Part shown: positions 52,194 to 52,671 of the stretch, in pieces
Numbering within the stretch: the stretch's first letter is position 1
How the letters are laid out: each line of letters begins with the position of its first letter
Translations under genes and position numbers: made by a program
The notes under the pieces: generated by a model
Seen by the model: the letters and a program-made list of their open reading frames with translations, nothing else
Database searches by the model: none
What the model was told of the DNA's origin: nothing
Source of the DNA: Gemmatimonadota bacterium
Lineage (GTDB): Bacteria > Gemmatimonadota > Gemmatimonadetes > Gemmatimonadales > GWC2-71-9
DNA: 52,671 bases
Reading direction: 5' to 3'
NCBI GenBank assembly: GCA_039586875.1
Contig: JBDHJO010000004.1
Span: forward strand, 1 to 52,671

Positions 52194-52671
52194 CTACTCG
52201 GCCGGCAGACGGGAGACGACCTCACCATTGGCATCGAGGAACTCGAGCACCGGATCCCCGTCAGGTGCCACGGACATGCGGATCCGTGACCTCCCCTGTA
52301 CGTCGCGCATGTCCAGGATCATGGCGTCGTTCCGGCCCTTGCCGAAGAACAGGCGGCGCGTGGTCAACTCGCCCCGCTCCCGCATCGCTTCGATGGCAGC
52401 ATCGCGTGCTTCAGGGTCGCTCAATGCGTTGGCGCTGTCGTATCTGGCCATCATGACATCGGAGGGGATGTTCGGCTGCTGCCACATCTCGAGTGCCGTG
52501 GAGTAGGCGCCGTTATCACCTTCGAGGTGCCGGAATCCGATGGTCTGATCGTTCCGCACCTTGTCCCACGTAAAGGACCCGAAGTGGCCATTCTCGCCGT
52601 TCGCACCGAAGACCAACCCGCCCATCTCGTCGCCGAGATGATTGAAGAAGATCATGCCCGGAGGGCGCGGG
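52194..52671 (-). CDS. hypothetical protein, C-terminal part; probably continues beyond the window
   Basis: The frame stays open upstream of the listed ATG at 52655 through to the window edge. Codon usage is GC3-rich. I recognise no family. Confidence 0.5.
   Translation of the reverse strand, partial: PRPPGMIFFNHLGDEMGGLVFGANGENGHFGSFTWDKVRNDQTIGFRHLEGDNGAYSTALEMWQQPNIPSDVMMARYDSANALSDPEARDAAIEAMRERGELTTRRLFFGKGRNDAMILDMRDVQGRSRIRMSVAPDGDPVLEFLDANGEVVSRLPAE

Noticed and set aside
1-52671. A search for CRISPR arrays, IS elements, integrases, phage genes, rRNA/tRNA genes and toxin-antitoxin pairs.
   Set aside because: I noticed no regularly spaced direct repeats, no transposase/integrase/recombinase motifs, no rRNA or tRNA-like sequences and no small paired ORFs of TA type. 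The scan was done by eye, so short or degenerate elements could have been missed.

Overview
This is a GC-rich chromosomal segment (by eye about two-thirds G+C, with strong third-position GC bias) from a diderm bacterium. The diderm call rests on lipoboxes and on beta-barrel proteins ending in ...AF; I cannot assign a taxon from sequence alone. I support about 47 protein-coding genes. I found no rRNA, tRNA, CRISPR array, transposase, integrase or phage genes. Most long ORFs in the track that run antisense to these genes are high-GC artefacts. About half of the window is ordinary housekeeping and transport: thyA-folA, an EF-G paralog, SDR, aldehyde dehydrogenase, APC permease, a Na+/H+ antiporter, a beta-CASP hydrolase, Usp, MscS, an M14 peptidase, a mutarotase, a Ser/Thr kinase and DinB. 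Three gene clusters deserve a second look. (1) 32127-42227 is a six-gene, tightly coupled synthase-dependent exopolysaccharide-type locus. It encodes a TPR plus GH-A-like hydrolase, a TPR plus beta-barrel porin, a pseudo-receiver/degenerate-GGDEF (REDEF with intact RxxD I-site)/receiver protein, a membrane HEAT-repeat protein, a processive GT2 synthase and a sensor-less hybrid kinase with HPt. This combination does not match Pga, Bcs, Pel or Alg. (2) 2603-6351 is a four-gene overlapping operon of two Ddl-like ATP-grasp ligases, a small GNAT and a KamA-family aminomutase. I read it as a candidate beta-lysine-derived peptide or solute pathway with no characterised equivalent known to me. (3) 24690-27190 encodes a Cyc2-like fused monoheme cytochrome/beta-barrel plus two small c-type cytochromes, downstream of an OmpR-type two-component system. 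Other notable points are an EF-G paralog lacking the catalytic His and the NKxD motif, tandem coupled ZIP transporters, a propeller-TlpA fusion lipoprotein, a tryptophanase with Trp-type specificity residues, and three unusually long, lower-GC intergenic regions containing strong hairpins and palindromes. All homology statements come from motif recognition by eye; no database search was run.
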